Shown here in pieces: positions 1-13,808 of a stretch of DNA of 64,000 bases (its first letter is position 1; each line of letters begins with the position of its first letter). Position numbers and translations under genes: made by a program. Source of the stretch: Phoronis australis (lineage: Eukaryota > Animalia > Phoronida); NCBI GenBank assembly GCA_002633005.1, contig NMRA01000282.1, positions 206,349-270,348 of the forward strand, in the 5' to 3' direction. Below the pieces are notes generated by a model that worked only from the letters and a program-made list of their open reading frames with translations, was not told where the DNA came from and made no database searches.

Positions 1-2812
1 TTTAGGGTTGGACAATCCCATTAAACTCTGAAGCGGTCTTCTTGAGTCTCTGATGGTTGTAGTGTTCTTGTTGGTAACAGAAATAGCTACACAGGGAGAA
101 GTGAAACTTGAAAAGAAATATATCGACAAAACTTTCCATGATGACATTCGTATTTGGGTCTATGCATACATGTAGGTACACTGCCAGACGTTTTACTGAA
201 AACCTTTGTAGTTTTATTTCAGTCGATATTTACTACTTGATTATTGACGTGTTGTACATTGTATTTCGTACAATAATGATGTATTTGTAATCAGTTTGGG
301 AGAGTCTGCAGACGCCACGGCACTCGCCATTAACAGTCACGGTGAATATACAAATTTCTTCATAATTCAACGGAAGGGCCTTGATTGATTTTAGATAACG
401 AGAAATAATGTATTAATGGATAAAATTGCGCATTAGAGACCTTCTAATGCACCATGGCTTCAACTTGTCTTGACATATAGGACCAAAATATAACTAAACG
501 ACAAATACACATGTAGTCTGGAAAACTCAATTCAGCTTCAAATAGTAAAAACACAATTCGTTGCAACCACAGCTTTTGTTCAATTTTAATACCGAAACTG
601 GGTGCACCTGAAATTAAAATGGCGTAATTCATTTCATTAATATTTCATTGGGCTTGCATAGCCTACACAGTCAGCGGGTTCTAAATCAGATACAAAACAC
701 AAGGGGCATCTATATCGCGTGACACCGACAGGCTAAGTAAAATAATACTGAAATCCAGTTCTTAGGGTATTAAGCGATCAAATGTGTTCATTTAAACATA
801 GTATACTTTGCTTTGTCTTATGTAAAACGACACTGTTTTTCATCTTGCTCATAACTGAGACTCATGTTTTGTGACACGGGAGTAGAACGAACAACGCGCG
901 TGTAATGCGACATTGAGATGAGATTTTCATAACCAGCAGGCACGTAGTTCTCTCGGGTGTTTTGAATAGAGACGCAATATTTTTCGTCGGTATTAAAGAA
1001 TCGAGGCAACATTAGGTTTGTAAATTTTACGACTGATTACATTTTGATCCCTCCGGTAGCCATATTGCATGCAATCGCCTTTTAGGCATGACGTAAGTCT
1101 ACACGGATAATACAGTTTGTGAAATCTAACACAGACATTTATTTGGTTTTGAATTCCAGCGAATTACTTCTCTCCCATGTTGCTCTGCAGAGCGTCGGTG
1201 AATAATTTGCTCGCGTAAATATCGCCATCATTCGTACATTTTGAAGTCTTTTAATACACAACACACGACTCAACTGAACCAATGAGCAATGATAGCTCAT
1301 TGACTGACCAGATTCCTTCCTGATATCCACGTGTCGGACAAATAAATGGAATACAACTAAATATCACTAACCAAGGTTTATTTACCTGACCCGCGAACAC
1401 CTGTTACTCATTAATTTCTGATTCCATTTTAATACTAATTGGTCAATTTTTGTTTGGAAAAAGCGTTTGGTTAGGATGCTTTGAAATTATCTAAAGTAAC
1501 TGACAGTATTCTAGTTGCTAGTAACTGCTACGTAATTACCTTGGACAATTATTCACACACTACTAGAGTATGAGATATCTCATTAGTAATATTGTTCCAA
1601 CATGCTACCTTCTATTTTGTTGTCGCTCATATTTTGGACAGCTTCGGACGCGCCATCTCTCACAGCCTCGTAATCCAGCTCGTAATCCGCGTTGGACATG
1701 GCGGCGAGGTATCCCTAGTTCATCTAGACGTTAACACTAACGAGCTTGCGGATAAAATAGGTCCCAGCGTCTAAATCCAATAGTTCACTAACTCAGTAAT
1801 TCTTTTGCCGCACGCAGATTGCTACTGGATACGATACGCCTCAAGAGTACCTGCCGAAACCAAATCCTAAAGCGGAATAATAGAATCAATAGAAATGCTC
1901 ATTACACTGGGTTTAGGCGAGAATAAAAATCAACCTTTCCACGAGTGACTGGATTCCACCGCAATCGGTAATAATCTGTAAGTTTCGCTGCCTCGGCGCA
2001 AGACGTGTTCGGTGGATTGCAGTACTGCGCGCACAGTGCTTCCTAAATGCACTCGCGTCAATAATCAAATTGCCGGGACGAGTAATAGGAAGCAGGAGGA
2101 CTATCAAAAAATTACAGATACACTTTGCGCAGTCTCTCTCCCCTGTGCAATACAATTGGTGCTCGTGGATCGATGTGAATGTTCACTTATGTAGCGGTAG
2201 AAATTCACTACTAATGAACCGATTCTAATTAAGGTCAACCAACCAACATTCGTTGGAATACACTTTGTGAAGATGCCGAGAGTGGCGCATACCCATTGAG
2301 ACCGGGGGTTTACTGATGGCAAAAATTCTTTTAATTTATGGCGGTCTCCTTAATTTGAAACATCGCATCTTGTCGGCAAAGGGTAGAATTTACAAAATTT
2401 CGATTTGTAAGAATATTTTCAGCGTGAAAATATTTACAGACTTTTAGACACTGTCGATTTACATTATATAATGGCAAAATAGTCTCGTTTGTTTTAATTA
2501 ATATAACAGACATGACCACTTTAATGTTGTGAAAACGTATCTTGTAGTCTCCCAAAATTTAAAGATTTTACCCTGGTGTGACTTACAGGGTTCAGGAGCC
2601 ATGCACATTGCTGATTCGAATTCAGTTTTGATCTCAAAAGCGTATTGTTACGACTGTTTCTAACAACTGTTTATAAGAGCTTGACGAGTCGTTTTTACGA
2701 ACGACTTTATTTTCAAATGGGGTTAGGTAAACAGTAACGCGCCTAGAACATAAAAGACAAATTGCAAAGCCATTTGAATTGCGCGACGCAATTACAAAAC
2801 ACCAGTTAAAGC

Positions 2813-3808
2813 AATGATAAAGAGTTACGAAAAATTATACATTAAAAGTGGTGCATTAAAAGTTACAACATACTGCAAAAGAACTGGTTCAATACGCTTT
2901 AACCACATAAGAAATCGTGGGTTTAAAGAACTCTGATAAAGCTATAAAAACAAATTGTTGATCCCGTTTCCCAAAATCAACTCTTCACTTTTGCGGAGGC
3001 AGAAAAATGCACTGAATGATCGGCATCAACATTCGAAAGGAAGTGCCGCTAACACATTTCTCAGCTGAGTCGGATAAGAGAAGAAGGTTTCATCAGTCGT
3101 GTTTCATTCGGCTTTTCATTTTGTGTGCCTACATTGCAACTCACCTGTATGCAATAATAAAAGTGTATTGGCATGAAAGTGACAAAAACGACAATCTAAC
3201 TTACATGGAAAATAGCGAATGCGCAACACTGTGGGTAAATACGGCAGAATCAGAATGGGTGCGGTAGCACTCCGGGAAATGGATAATGGCTTGCGTACAC
3301 CCCCCCCCCCCNAATGATAAAGAGTTACGAAAAATTATACATTAAAAGTGGTGCATTAAAAGTTACAACATACTGCAAAAGAACTGGTTCAATACGCTTT
3401 AACCACATAAGAAATCGTGGGTTTAAAGAACTCTGATAAAGCTATAAAAACAAATTATTGATCCCGTTTCCCAAAATCAACTCTTTACTTTTGCGGAGGC
3501 AGAAAAATGCACTGAATGATCGGCATCAACATTCGAAAGGAAAGGCCGCTAACACATTTCTAAGCTGAGTCGGATAAGAGAAGAAGGTTTTATCAGTCGT
3601 GTTTCATTCGGCTTTTCATTTTGTGTGCCTACATTGCAACTTACCTGTATGCAATAATAAAACTGTATTGGCATGAAAGTGACAAAAATGACAATCTAAC
3701 TTACATGGAAAATAGCGAATGCGCAACACTGTGGGTAAATACGGCAGAATCAGAATGGGTGCGGTAGCACTCCGGGAAATGAATAATGGCTTGCGTACCC
3801 CCCCCCCC
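2813..3808. repeat. ~500 bp near-identical direct duplication (2813-3311 / 3313-3808) joined by a single N; probable haplotype or overlap assembly artefact
   Basis: Both copies start 'aatgataaagagttacgaaaaattatac' and end in a poly-C run. Only scattered substitutions differ. N at 3312. Confidence 0.9.
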
Positions 3809-6800
3809 TTCTCTCTTCGTTTCATAAACCGCAGGTAGTGTTTTCTGACGTCGGTGGATTTTGCTTGTGCTAAAAATAAGCTGGAAGGAATAATGAGGTT
3901 AAGGCGACGCAAAAGCATCCAACAACTGGTTCTTAAATCTACCTGCTGTTCACGACTCCGTGCAGTACTTTCTCTGCACCACTATTGTACTCTCGTTTCA
4001 CGCTTTCTACTGCTGTATGGAGGTTGCGTGCTCAATTACAGTCATAAGTAGTTTTGCGAAAACTTGAGTCAGATATCGAAGATCCTGGGGTTTGGAGGTT
4101 TCACGATGGGAAAGTAGGTGATTTTGGAGACGAGTGCAGAGGCGCCACCTGACGACGTTGGGAACTAGCCAAGTGCCCCGGGCAAGACCTAAATCTCAAC
4201 AAACTTACCGGCTTTGTTTGTAAACAATATCCTATGAAAGAAACGTAATTCTTATTTCAAGTCTTTGAATTTAATTCAAATTTTACGTAGGGTTACAATT
4301 ATTCAAAGCCAATCGGTCCTATAACGGTGTACAGAATGTACTCAGCCACAAAATTCAGACACTAGAATCCTACAAAAGAGCATTAGACTGGTGTATTTAC
4401 ACATGTTATTTTCCAAATTTAGACCTCGCGCAATTCTAGTCGAAATCTGTAACTGGAGGCGTGTTATGCTCTGCAGACTTTAAGTCGAAACCCGCACGAG
4501 GACGAAGTCGACTCCGGGCGTTGATTTGTTTATCTCTAACTTGTAAGTCGAGTCGAGCAGGAAACGCTTGTTGGCATCTGCGTTCGAGTCCGTAGATTGA
4601 ATCTCGGAGCCTGGATGAATGATTGGCTGACTAACTTAGTTATGAAATTTAATGCATTGGAACTATCATGCACCTGCGTTTTAGAAAGTACGTCCTTTAA
4701 GTTAAAGAGATTGTATCCGTTTCATTTCCGTTGTAAATTTCATGAAACGAATCCCAGAACAATCAAATTAGTCTAATCGTCCTTGGAAACGAACGACTAT
4801 TCCAAAATGGTTAGATTATGAAAGACCCTAGAAAAAAAATGCCCACATTTGGATACCTTTGGAACATCATGTCTAAGAAACGGTTTGTCGGATTCGCATG
4901 AGACTTTCAGATACTATGCTTTATGCGCTGTTCTCCAAAAAGTGTTTAGGAATTTTCTTCGAAAACGTCCACTTTTCCATGAGAAGCTATCAAAATAGAA
5001 CTTACATAATTTCTATGAAAAAAATCAAGAGTTGCATGAATGAAAATTAAATCATATTTTTGAAAACTGCAGCGTTGTTTTGAACTTTCGTCTTGAATAT
5101 TCATATCAAATGCTATTTGGCCATGTTATTGATACCGTTTTGCTATGAATGTTATGGTCACGTGACCGAGTTAATGACAGGTTGGTACAGAGTAAAGCAT
5201 TCTACAGGCTTTCTGTTTTCAGTAAATTTGTCATCATTAGCAATATATCTTCATATCTGCTGATTAATTAGCCAGAACATTTGCTAAATGCGTTTCTGCA
5301 TCGTTTAACTAAAAAATCAGGTGTTAAAGTGTTTATGGATATTTTTAGTGGAAGGAAATATTGAACGGGCGTTCAGTTCAAGGAATACGTTAGTTCTGCT
5401 CGTTCGCTAATTACAGTCGTAGATGAAAAATAAAAAGGATGAATTAAGAGAATGAAACACAGTCGTGCAAAATTGCACTTCATGAACGAACAAAGTTTTT
5501 TATGGACCCCGAAACAAATAGAAGGTGAAAGCAACCACGTGTACGTACAAGACTCAAGTCAAACCTTTTAAATAAATTTGAATTCAAGTTCCTAGAACAA
5601 TCGAAAATCGCATGCACACGCCTTCAATTCAGTGGACATTTTGCGTCATCACTGAGTTGGTGTTCTTTTGCGGTTCGCGTGCCCTCCTCGAATGACTCGA
5701 TCAGAAACCACTGTATACTGTTTCGTTGATCTTGCCTGTGTTTGTGTGTCGGACGTTTTATAACCACTTGCAGACAAAAAAGTAGTCAAAAACAAAATTC
5801 TAAAGCTATCGAAGAAAACGTGCAATACGTCTATACTATACATGCAAACTTCTGTCTCTAATTGTCAGAAATCGGTATATGTACCTCATCATAATTTTGA
5901 GATATTTTGTCTCAGGCCTTCAATTGGACAAATAGCCAGCAGCCATTGTTTCGTAATAGTATGCTTACACGAAGCAGGATGACGTAAAGATCAAACGTTT
6001 CTGTTTGACTACATAACAGCAATGTGAAGCATTTATGGACCATTACGAGGACGCGAGAAACGCGTTGTGCAGGCGCATATTCGGCTTATGGTCTCATGTG
6101 GATGCCGCGAAATTAATCAGTTATATGAAACTAAAGTGATTGAAAATCTGTAGGATTGTATTTCCTTTTCAATTGACACACAAAAACGCCTTGTTTAGCT
6201 GAACCACGCACACGCTCTTTATTCTTTCAACTACGACGTGAGAAAGTCTGATAAATTGGACAAATACCCGTGGATGCGTGTTCTGAAATTCTTTGCCTTC
6301 CCGACATCAAGAGAGACACGAAAATGTATTTGATTTCCAAAACGAGATCACGTGCTTTCTAATCTCCGGAACAATGGAGAGTTCTATAGACGTGTAATCC
6401 GGGACTGCCTTATTCTGCGACATTCTTGCACAGTGCCACTCCTCCGGAGATAACGCTGTGAAATCATGGACCTTTTGTGTTTCCTCTAACGCATGTCTAC
6501 AATTACGGATTGTGGGAAACACGGCCAATTTAGGACACAATATTCCGTACAGACGAAACATTTTTTTATAAATGATACACCGTGCGCTATATTCTATTCA
6601 CTACCACAGTCATGAACAGTCAAATAATTTGAAAAAATGTGGACATTCTCAACCCATGAAACAGATTGTATATAGCTAGTTCTCACCAATGTTAGTAGTC
6701 CTTAAACAATTTTGAAAAGTGCAATTTGGCAATTATTTTTGTCTGAAATTGGTGAGATTTTACCGTATAGGTTTGGTCTACGTACTCTACTTGAAAAGCA

Positions 6801-7915
6801 TTGTAAGTCAATTAAACACTTTTCGGAATCAAAAAATGATACTTATGTGGTATCGGTACAACGAATAATCTTTTACTGACATAAAGTTAGAATTCGAGCG
6901 TCTTATCTTAAAAATCGTAAAATCAAAGGCCTCAGGTTCAAACAAGAAAAATGGAATTTTGGCAATTGGGTTTACTTACATCAAGTTTTCAAGCTCGGTA
7001 AATTTCTGAATTAAGGTTGTGTTGGACCTTATTGACATTTCTATACACTTAGCCAAATATCTACAAAACTATAGAATTTAACTTGGCAAAAGTATACATT
7101 TTCTAACATTAGAAATCATTCCGTTTTTGACCTTTCTTTTTAGGAGAGTTTAGCAAAAGGAAGACAAATTGACATCGAGAAGAAGTTCAATAACACGATC
7201 AAATTTTATAGGATATAAGCCTAAAAAACGCTGTTATGATTTTCTAAATTATCGTTTAGTCTTAGTTTTATGCAACTAATATAACTATAAATATAGTTCG
7301 GTAGCAGCCCTTCGTTTGCACAAACTTCGTTGAAAACACGACTAGACTTCTTGTTTGCAAGCTTGATACTGTTACGCTCGACTGTTCCGAAACTACGAGC
7401 GTACCAGTTTTAAGCTTGCACACAAAAAGTCCAGTCATGCTTTTAACGAAACTACAAATATCATAAAGTCTTATTTTTGAGACACCCTCATGCAACAGTG
7501 GGGCATTTTTAAAGTAACTCATAACAGCTTTATAACGAGAGAGAGTCTCGTTATAACGCGTTATAACGAGATAGTGTCTCGTTAAATAGTCGACGATTTT
7601 TTTCAGTTGCCTTAAGCTCCGCTGTAGGAGAACAGTGCATAAACACAGTGTCTGAAATTTCTGAATCTGACCAGCCATTTCTAAGATACGAAGAAGATTG
7701 CCAAAATGAAACATTTCTCTAGGGTCTTACATATCATTACCACCAATGTCTGTTCAGGCGTATTTATTGCATATCGATTGTTCAAATGTGAAAGTTTCGT
7801 TAATCGCTATCCACACACGTAGTCACAACCTGATGTAAACGATGAATAGATTAGGGCCGCCATGGGGTCACGTGGGCTCGGTGCTAAAGTTCGAAGTGTT
7901 GAAAACGGTATTGTC

Positions 7916-8243
7916 TTTTTTATGCGCCCACATATTTATATGTGGACGCATTATGCCGTCATCTCCGTCCGTCCGTCCGGGCGTGCGGCGTCCGGCGTCC
8001 GCTGCTCTATCTCCAAAACCCTTTGACATACGTTCATGAAATTTGGCACATATGTTCCATTCATGAATGGGACGGCATGTGCGAACTTTCGGACGGATCC
8101 GACTACCGGTGTGCCCCCTAGTGGCAATTTTAGTTTTTTTTACGCTTACCTTTGTATCTTCAAAAGTCCTGAATGGATTTTCATGAAATTTGGTATGTAG
8201 GCACCTATTAGTGAGATGACGCTATCCTCCCGTTTTCGGATGG
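7916..8243 (+). mobile_element. Helentron-associated non-autonomous element (HINE/DINE-1-like), 5' part running into the assembly gap
   Basis: T-run, then hairpin tgcgcccacatat-tt-atatgtggacgca (7923-7950), a (ccgt)n microsatellite (~7964-7979), and repeated 'ttcatgaaatttgg' core motifs (~8033, ~8180). This is the typical HINE layout. Confidence 0.65.
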
Positions 8244-8734
8244 NNNNNNNNNNNNNNNNNNNNNNNNNNNNNNNNNNNNNNNNNNNNNNNNNNNNNNNNN
8301 NNNNNNNNNNNNNNNNNNNNNNNNNNNNNNNNNNNNNNNNNNNNNNNNNNNNNNNNNNNNNNNNNNNNNNNNNNNNNNNNNNNNNNNNNNNNNNNNNNNN
8401 NNNNNNNNNNNNNNNNNNNNNNNNNNNNNNNNNNNNNNNNNNNNNNNNNNNNNNNNNNNNNNNNNNNNNNNNNNNNNNNNNNNNNNNNNNNNNNNNNNNN
8501 NNNNNNNNNNNNNNNNNNNNNNNNNNNNNNNNNNNNNNNNNNNNNNNNNNNNNNNNNNNNNNNNNNNNNNNNNNNNNNNNNNNNNNNNNNNNNNNNNNNN
8601 NNNNNNNNNNNNNNNNNNNNNNNNNNNNNNNNNNNNNNNNNNNNNNNNNNNNNNNNNNNNNNNNNNNNNNNNNNNNNNNNNNNNNNNNNNNNNNNNNNNN
8701 NNNNNNNNNNNNNNNNNNNNNNNNNNNNNNNNNN
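8244..8734. other. Assembly gap (N run)
   Basis: Run of N. ORFs 8208-8795 and 8216-8755 are artefacts of it. Confidence 0.99.
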
Positions 8735-10925
8735 TATGTTTCTGTGGTGCTTTAAGCAATTGATGTATAGGATGTGCTTGTATTATGAAGATCACTCACA
8801 TTTTGCCCCTAGCCTATTGAGGAGACAATGACCATGCCTTTCCATTTTGCAAAGTACAACATATTACATATATGCCCTCTACTGGCCACTTTATGGTACC
8901 AATAAACAACCCTAGAAGGATACCGTATACGGTGCAATTGTGGGCGCATTTCAACGCTCTGCGTTGCTCTTGTTTAATTTGTCAGTTGACCAAAGACATC
9001 GTTCACTCAATAAGTCTTGTTCAGGGTGCAGAACCGCTTGGCCTGTTAGTTGCTTGAAAAACGCCATATTACTGACGGAGATTGAACGTTCCCTTGGTAC
9101 GGCACGACCGAACAGGTTTGGGAAGCTACAGTGAGAAACCAATAATGTGAAGGACGGTTTGAGAACAGCGGTAGACGCAGGGATATCCATGAGGTGACGG
9201 GTATGATCACGTGGTTCGCTTGTAATTCATGGCCATAAGTCATGACGTCGTGCGTGTTTTTTTTTTGAGATTTCCCGAGATTCTCCTCTCTACGGATTAA
9301 ATCATAGATGGGCAAATTTGTGTCGTTGCAAGCACATTTGCTACGGCTAAAAACAAAGAGATTCAGTCACAACGCCATATCAATAGAGGTCAGGTAATTT
9401 AATTGCTATCAGACCTTACGTAAGAGATTGCTCGTTTCACGTCGAGCACATCAAGCAATGTCAAACGAAAACACAAGAGTCACACGCGCAAAACATCAAC
9501 GAAATAGATTGGCCAGCGTGTTCACTAGACCTCAGCCCATTTTTCAATGCACGGGAAAATTGGCAGAGAAGTAGCACGACCCATTATCAACGACTTTAGC
9601 ATATTCTTGGTTTTGAGTGGAATGCCATTCCCCAAGCCTACGTCAGAACTTTTTTCCATTGTACGAGATGTGCGTCATGCGTGCAAAGTGATGATGGGCC
9701 AAGCAAGTACCGCTGGTACTAAAATAAAAAAGCTCTTTAATGAAAATATTATCAACTTCTTTTCAACTTCTTCTCATTCACCGCTTCCTTGCTATAACGC
9801 AATCTACACAAGCGAAATTGCAGTTTTTAGTGCTTGGCCGAAGCGTTCATAAACCCGCGTTTCGTCTAGGAAGTGAATACTTGATTTAGACAACTTTTCG
9901 CTATAAAATTGATCTTAATTTGCTCCCTGCTCGGCGGTCTAAATGAAAAGCTGATTTCCTTGATGCAAGCTGGTTTATTGGCTCTTGAACTCATTCGAAC
10001 TCTCATAGTCCATTCATCTCTTAGCACAGCGGCTACAACTACGCTTATTCCATTAAATTGTGTTCGTAATGAAATAAAAGTAAAACAGGGATTTATTTAT
10101 GAAACGTGAATAATGTAAAGTTGTGTTACAGAATATGCAATATATTAGTAGTGTATTTCCCTTTTTTCGTCATTCTGTACATGCGTAAATGGACCATAAA
10201 AAGGTCTATGGACTTTTATCTTATCACGGAAGTCCATAATACATCGTTTGTGACAGGCCTTTCGCTCACGAATCAAACGATCGTGATGTCGTTTCCGACA
10301 GAATTTAATGTCCTCACAAACAACTAAAGGTGTTATCGATCGTTCATTGCATTTTGACAAAAACGAAACACAGCAAATAAAACAGTGCATTAACCGGAAA
10401 ACTTGTCCCATAGAAATATCAACGGTTTCCACATATTCTAATTTCTAAATGAAATTCCGTGTATCATGTGGCACCAGGGAAAAAAGAGTCACGATTCAAA
10501 GTCCTTCATTAAGTTAACAAGAAAGAAATACTGTCTAGTAATGAATTTTTACCAGTTACCATGCTTGCTAAAACGCTAGCGCTTTCGCTAGCATCGGAAA
10601 AACGCCAATAATGTGAACGGTCGCAAGGGTCACTTTTGCTGACGCTTTATTAGAAGTTTCAGTTGACCCCAGAATTACTGGCGTTTTCGCTAGCACTTTT
10701 GTGACCAGACCGCTTTCTTCAAAAAACACACTGACACATTCGCAGCAGTAAGAGCCTTTGCCGATCTATCGTAACATCAAACAACTTATGGCACAATGCG
10801 AACGTGTTTTGAAGTCAATTTTTTCTTAAAAGGGACTCAGGTGGTGAGGAAACAAATTAACTGCTGGAGACGATAAGCCCTTCTCGGCAATTTGTCTGTC
10901 GGGCTAAAACGCTAGCGTTAGCTTG

Positions 10926-11365
10926 CTATCGTTGGCCAAATGGGTGAACGTAACGCACGTAAATTAGGTGTTTAATGTAATTCTTGTTAGTGACGTGAAT
11001 TAATTATTATTAAGGGAGTAAACTTATTATTTGCGACGTGAATTAGCTTTTAACGGCATCAATCAATTATTTACGGCGCAAAGTAATTATTTGCCGCGTA
11101 ACTTTATGGTTGACCAAGAGGGTGAACGTTACGCACGTAAATTAATTGCTTAAATAAACTTTATGTACGTCGCAAATAATCAATTTACGCCGTAAAGAAT
11201 TAATCTACGCCGTTAAAAGTTAATTTGCGCCTCAAATAGTTAATTCACGCCGTTAAATAATTTACCCCGCAAATCACTAATTTACGCCGTTGATACGCCA
11301 TTAACAAGAATTAATATACGCACGTAATTTCCATGCTTTACGTTCACCCATTTGGCCGACGATAG
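10926..11365. mobile_element. MITE with ~40 bp TIRs and an internal degenerate minisatellite
   Basis: Left ctatcgttggccaaatgggtgaacgtaa is the inverse of right ttacgttcacccatttggccgacgatag. The interior has many ~22 bp 'taatttacgccg'-like units in both orientations. Confidence 0.75.
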
Positions 11366-11796
11366 TTTTCGTTAGTGATGTCACGCGGCTGTTCCACTCT
11401 TTGTTACCGCCTTAAGCAAAGACTCTAATGACTAGTGTTTGAAGACAGGTACAAGATTGCCGAGGAATATGACGCAAATGAAATAGGAATTCCTGTCAAC
11501 ACGATGAACTCCAGTGCAATCCAAACTGTAGTCTGTGGAAAATTTGATAATTTTGATGGACACTAATGAAGCACCCGAGAACGTAAATTTCCACAATTAC
11601 ATGTTATTTGCATGTTGCTGAATACTATCCCTACTACTTTGATTAGTAACAGGCATAGGAATCGGCAACGCAAGAGAAATTTTTGTATCTGTCTGGTTAC
11701 CGGCCCTGCAAACGCTAGATGGCGACGCACCAACTCGTTTATTAGACTAGTTCCTACCGAGAGCTAGACTAAGCGGCTCGGATCTATTCGGGTTAA

Positions 11797-12857
11797 GGTT
11801 ATCTCAAACCTTATTTAGTGGCCTCCATACTAACTTGTATATCAAAAAAACTCAGCTGTGTCAACTAATAAAAGTATATATTTTCTGAAAAATAAGATCA
11901 GGGAATACAAAAATATGTTTTGTAATGATGTACCATTATTATTATTATTACATTTACAGCTTTTTAAGTCAAAAAAGATATTTTTGAGAAAGGTACATTC
12001 ACAGCAAAAAAAAACCCTCGGTCGATTTTAATTAAACCATTTTTAATGAAAACTTCACCAGTTACCTCAAAAACGCTGTTAGGAATTTTCGATTGGTCTT
12101 TTCATTTGGTTTCTATGGCAAAAATCAACTCGCAAAACGTAAGATGTTTTTGTAAAAAATTGAAGTCGTCTTTGTCTTTATTACATTACGCAAAAACTAG
12201 GCCTTTATATCAAAAATGCTACAAGCGGTTTTAAGACTGATGGAAAAATATTAAGTTTGGAAAGTTTCATCGAAATCCACCAAGCTGTTTTCAAGAACTC
12301 GTGTTCCTAAGTTCAAATAAAAAGCATATCGTTACCTTGAGATCAAAACAGTGAAATGTCAATTTATCCATTGAATTAAGGAATTTGGGTGAGGATATAT
12401 CTTTTTTCACAACTTACTGTGTTCATGACCACAGAGGCTTAAGGCGACTCGTAGCATTCTTTCTCAGCGACAACGGTCGTATGCATGTAGACGCACAACT
12501 CCCTCAGGATCAAAACTACTTTTGTCTTTGTTTTCAACGGCACACTTCTATCATAAGTACACCTCGTTGACACAATATTATGTCGACTCGGTGAATGAAA
12601 GGACCGAGGATACATGCGAAGCTGCTCTGTACCTGGCGGAAGATTCGATTTCAGGGACAGCCCTGTAACCTTTGACCTTGGATAAGAAGTAGACAAATAT
12701 CTACGCGGTTCCAAGGTGGTTCTGCTAAATCTTTTTTCTCGCTACACGGTTTACACTTTGTGTTTGAAGTTCCCCGAAAATGAAGATAAGGTATTTTGCT
12801 AGACACGTGAAATATTGTAAAAATGGCCAATTTTTATGAATAAGGTTTGAGATAACC
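11797..12857. mobile_element. Non-autonomous TIR DNA element (Kolobok-like left end, TTAA|GG)
   Basis: 19 bp perfect TIR ggttatctcaaaccttatt / aataaggtttgagataacc. TTAA precedes the left end, but there is no matching TTAA on the right. Confidence 0.6.
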
Positions 12858-12974
12858 CCCATCACAATAATTGTCTTTTACATTTAATTCCATGATAATG
12901 TTCGCTGGCTAACGGCAACAAGTTTACAACCTCATTGTCCGCGTATGCTGCGCAGGTGTCAGCTTGTAATAAAT

Positions 12975-13571
12975 CTCGCTGGCTACCTGCGTACCGGTAG
13001 GTGATAACCAGCACGCAGGTGTCACTTAATTTTATTCGGAATTTTTTTACACCGGCGTTTCTGATTGGCTGGCCGAATTCTCAACAGGCAGCGCTTTAGG
13101 CAAACAAACTGGCATGATTGATGGAGCAAATGTAAATGTGGTTTGTTGTACAGACAAATCGGTGCTTAAAATTCATGTTCAAGAAATGTGAATATCAGAA
13201 AATTGTGGTTGCGCCTTTTCGGAGTGCATCTTTCTACTGTTGCTGATTGTTGTTTACGTTGCTGTCCTGTATTTATACAGTATGAATAACACACTTGTTA
13301 AATCGGCCTGGTGATGGCGTGTTTATTGTGCCGCATGTATGCGCTTTAAGCACGCTGCTAGTAAACATTAGGCCTAATGCAGAAATGAAATAGTTGCTGC
13401 TACGCTACTTGCATGACAAGTCTAAAAATCGTTCATCGTCCGCCATTTTCTCTCTTTGTTGTAAACTAACCAATCACTGTCGAGGTTACATCAACCAATG
13501 ATAAAGCGAGTGCTACTTCCTGCTACCTGCGTCCTGGCTACCACCTAGCGGCACACAGGGAACCAGCGAGG
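12975..13571. mobile_element. Degenerate MITE with ~46 bp imperfect TIRs
   Basis: ctcgctggctacctgcgtaccggtaggtgataaccagcacgcaggt is an imperfect inverse of acctgcgtcctggctaccacctagcggcacacagggaaccagcgag. Confidence 0.55.
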
Positions 13572-13808
13572 TAATAAATAAGCAGTACTGATGCGACACC
13601 TATCAGTTTAGTCAACTTACGTGTCTCTCCAAATAAGGAAGTCAAAAAAGTCAAAGACTTGTCCGTATTTTCGGCTTGCACAAAGCCGACTGTGTGCTGG
13701 TAGCTGGAACAATGCTCACTTGTTTTTAGGCCGGAAAATTCGATCGATTCTACAACATGTTGTGTTCCAGTGGCGTGCTGGATTAGTGATATTGGCGAGA
13801 TTAAACAG

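Noticed and set aside
108-7714. Short ORFs of 60-150 aa in the first 8 kb (and similar ones at 19-22 kb, 30-33 kb and 41-47 kb)
   Set aside because: No recognisable motifs or consistent splice structure. Lengths are as expected by chance or from repeats.
8208-8795. Long ORFs of 195 and 179 aa
   Set aside because: They consist almost entirely of N-gap positions.
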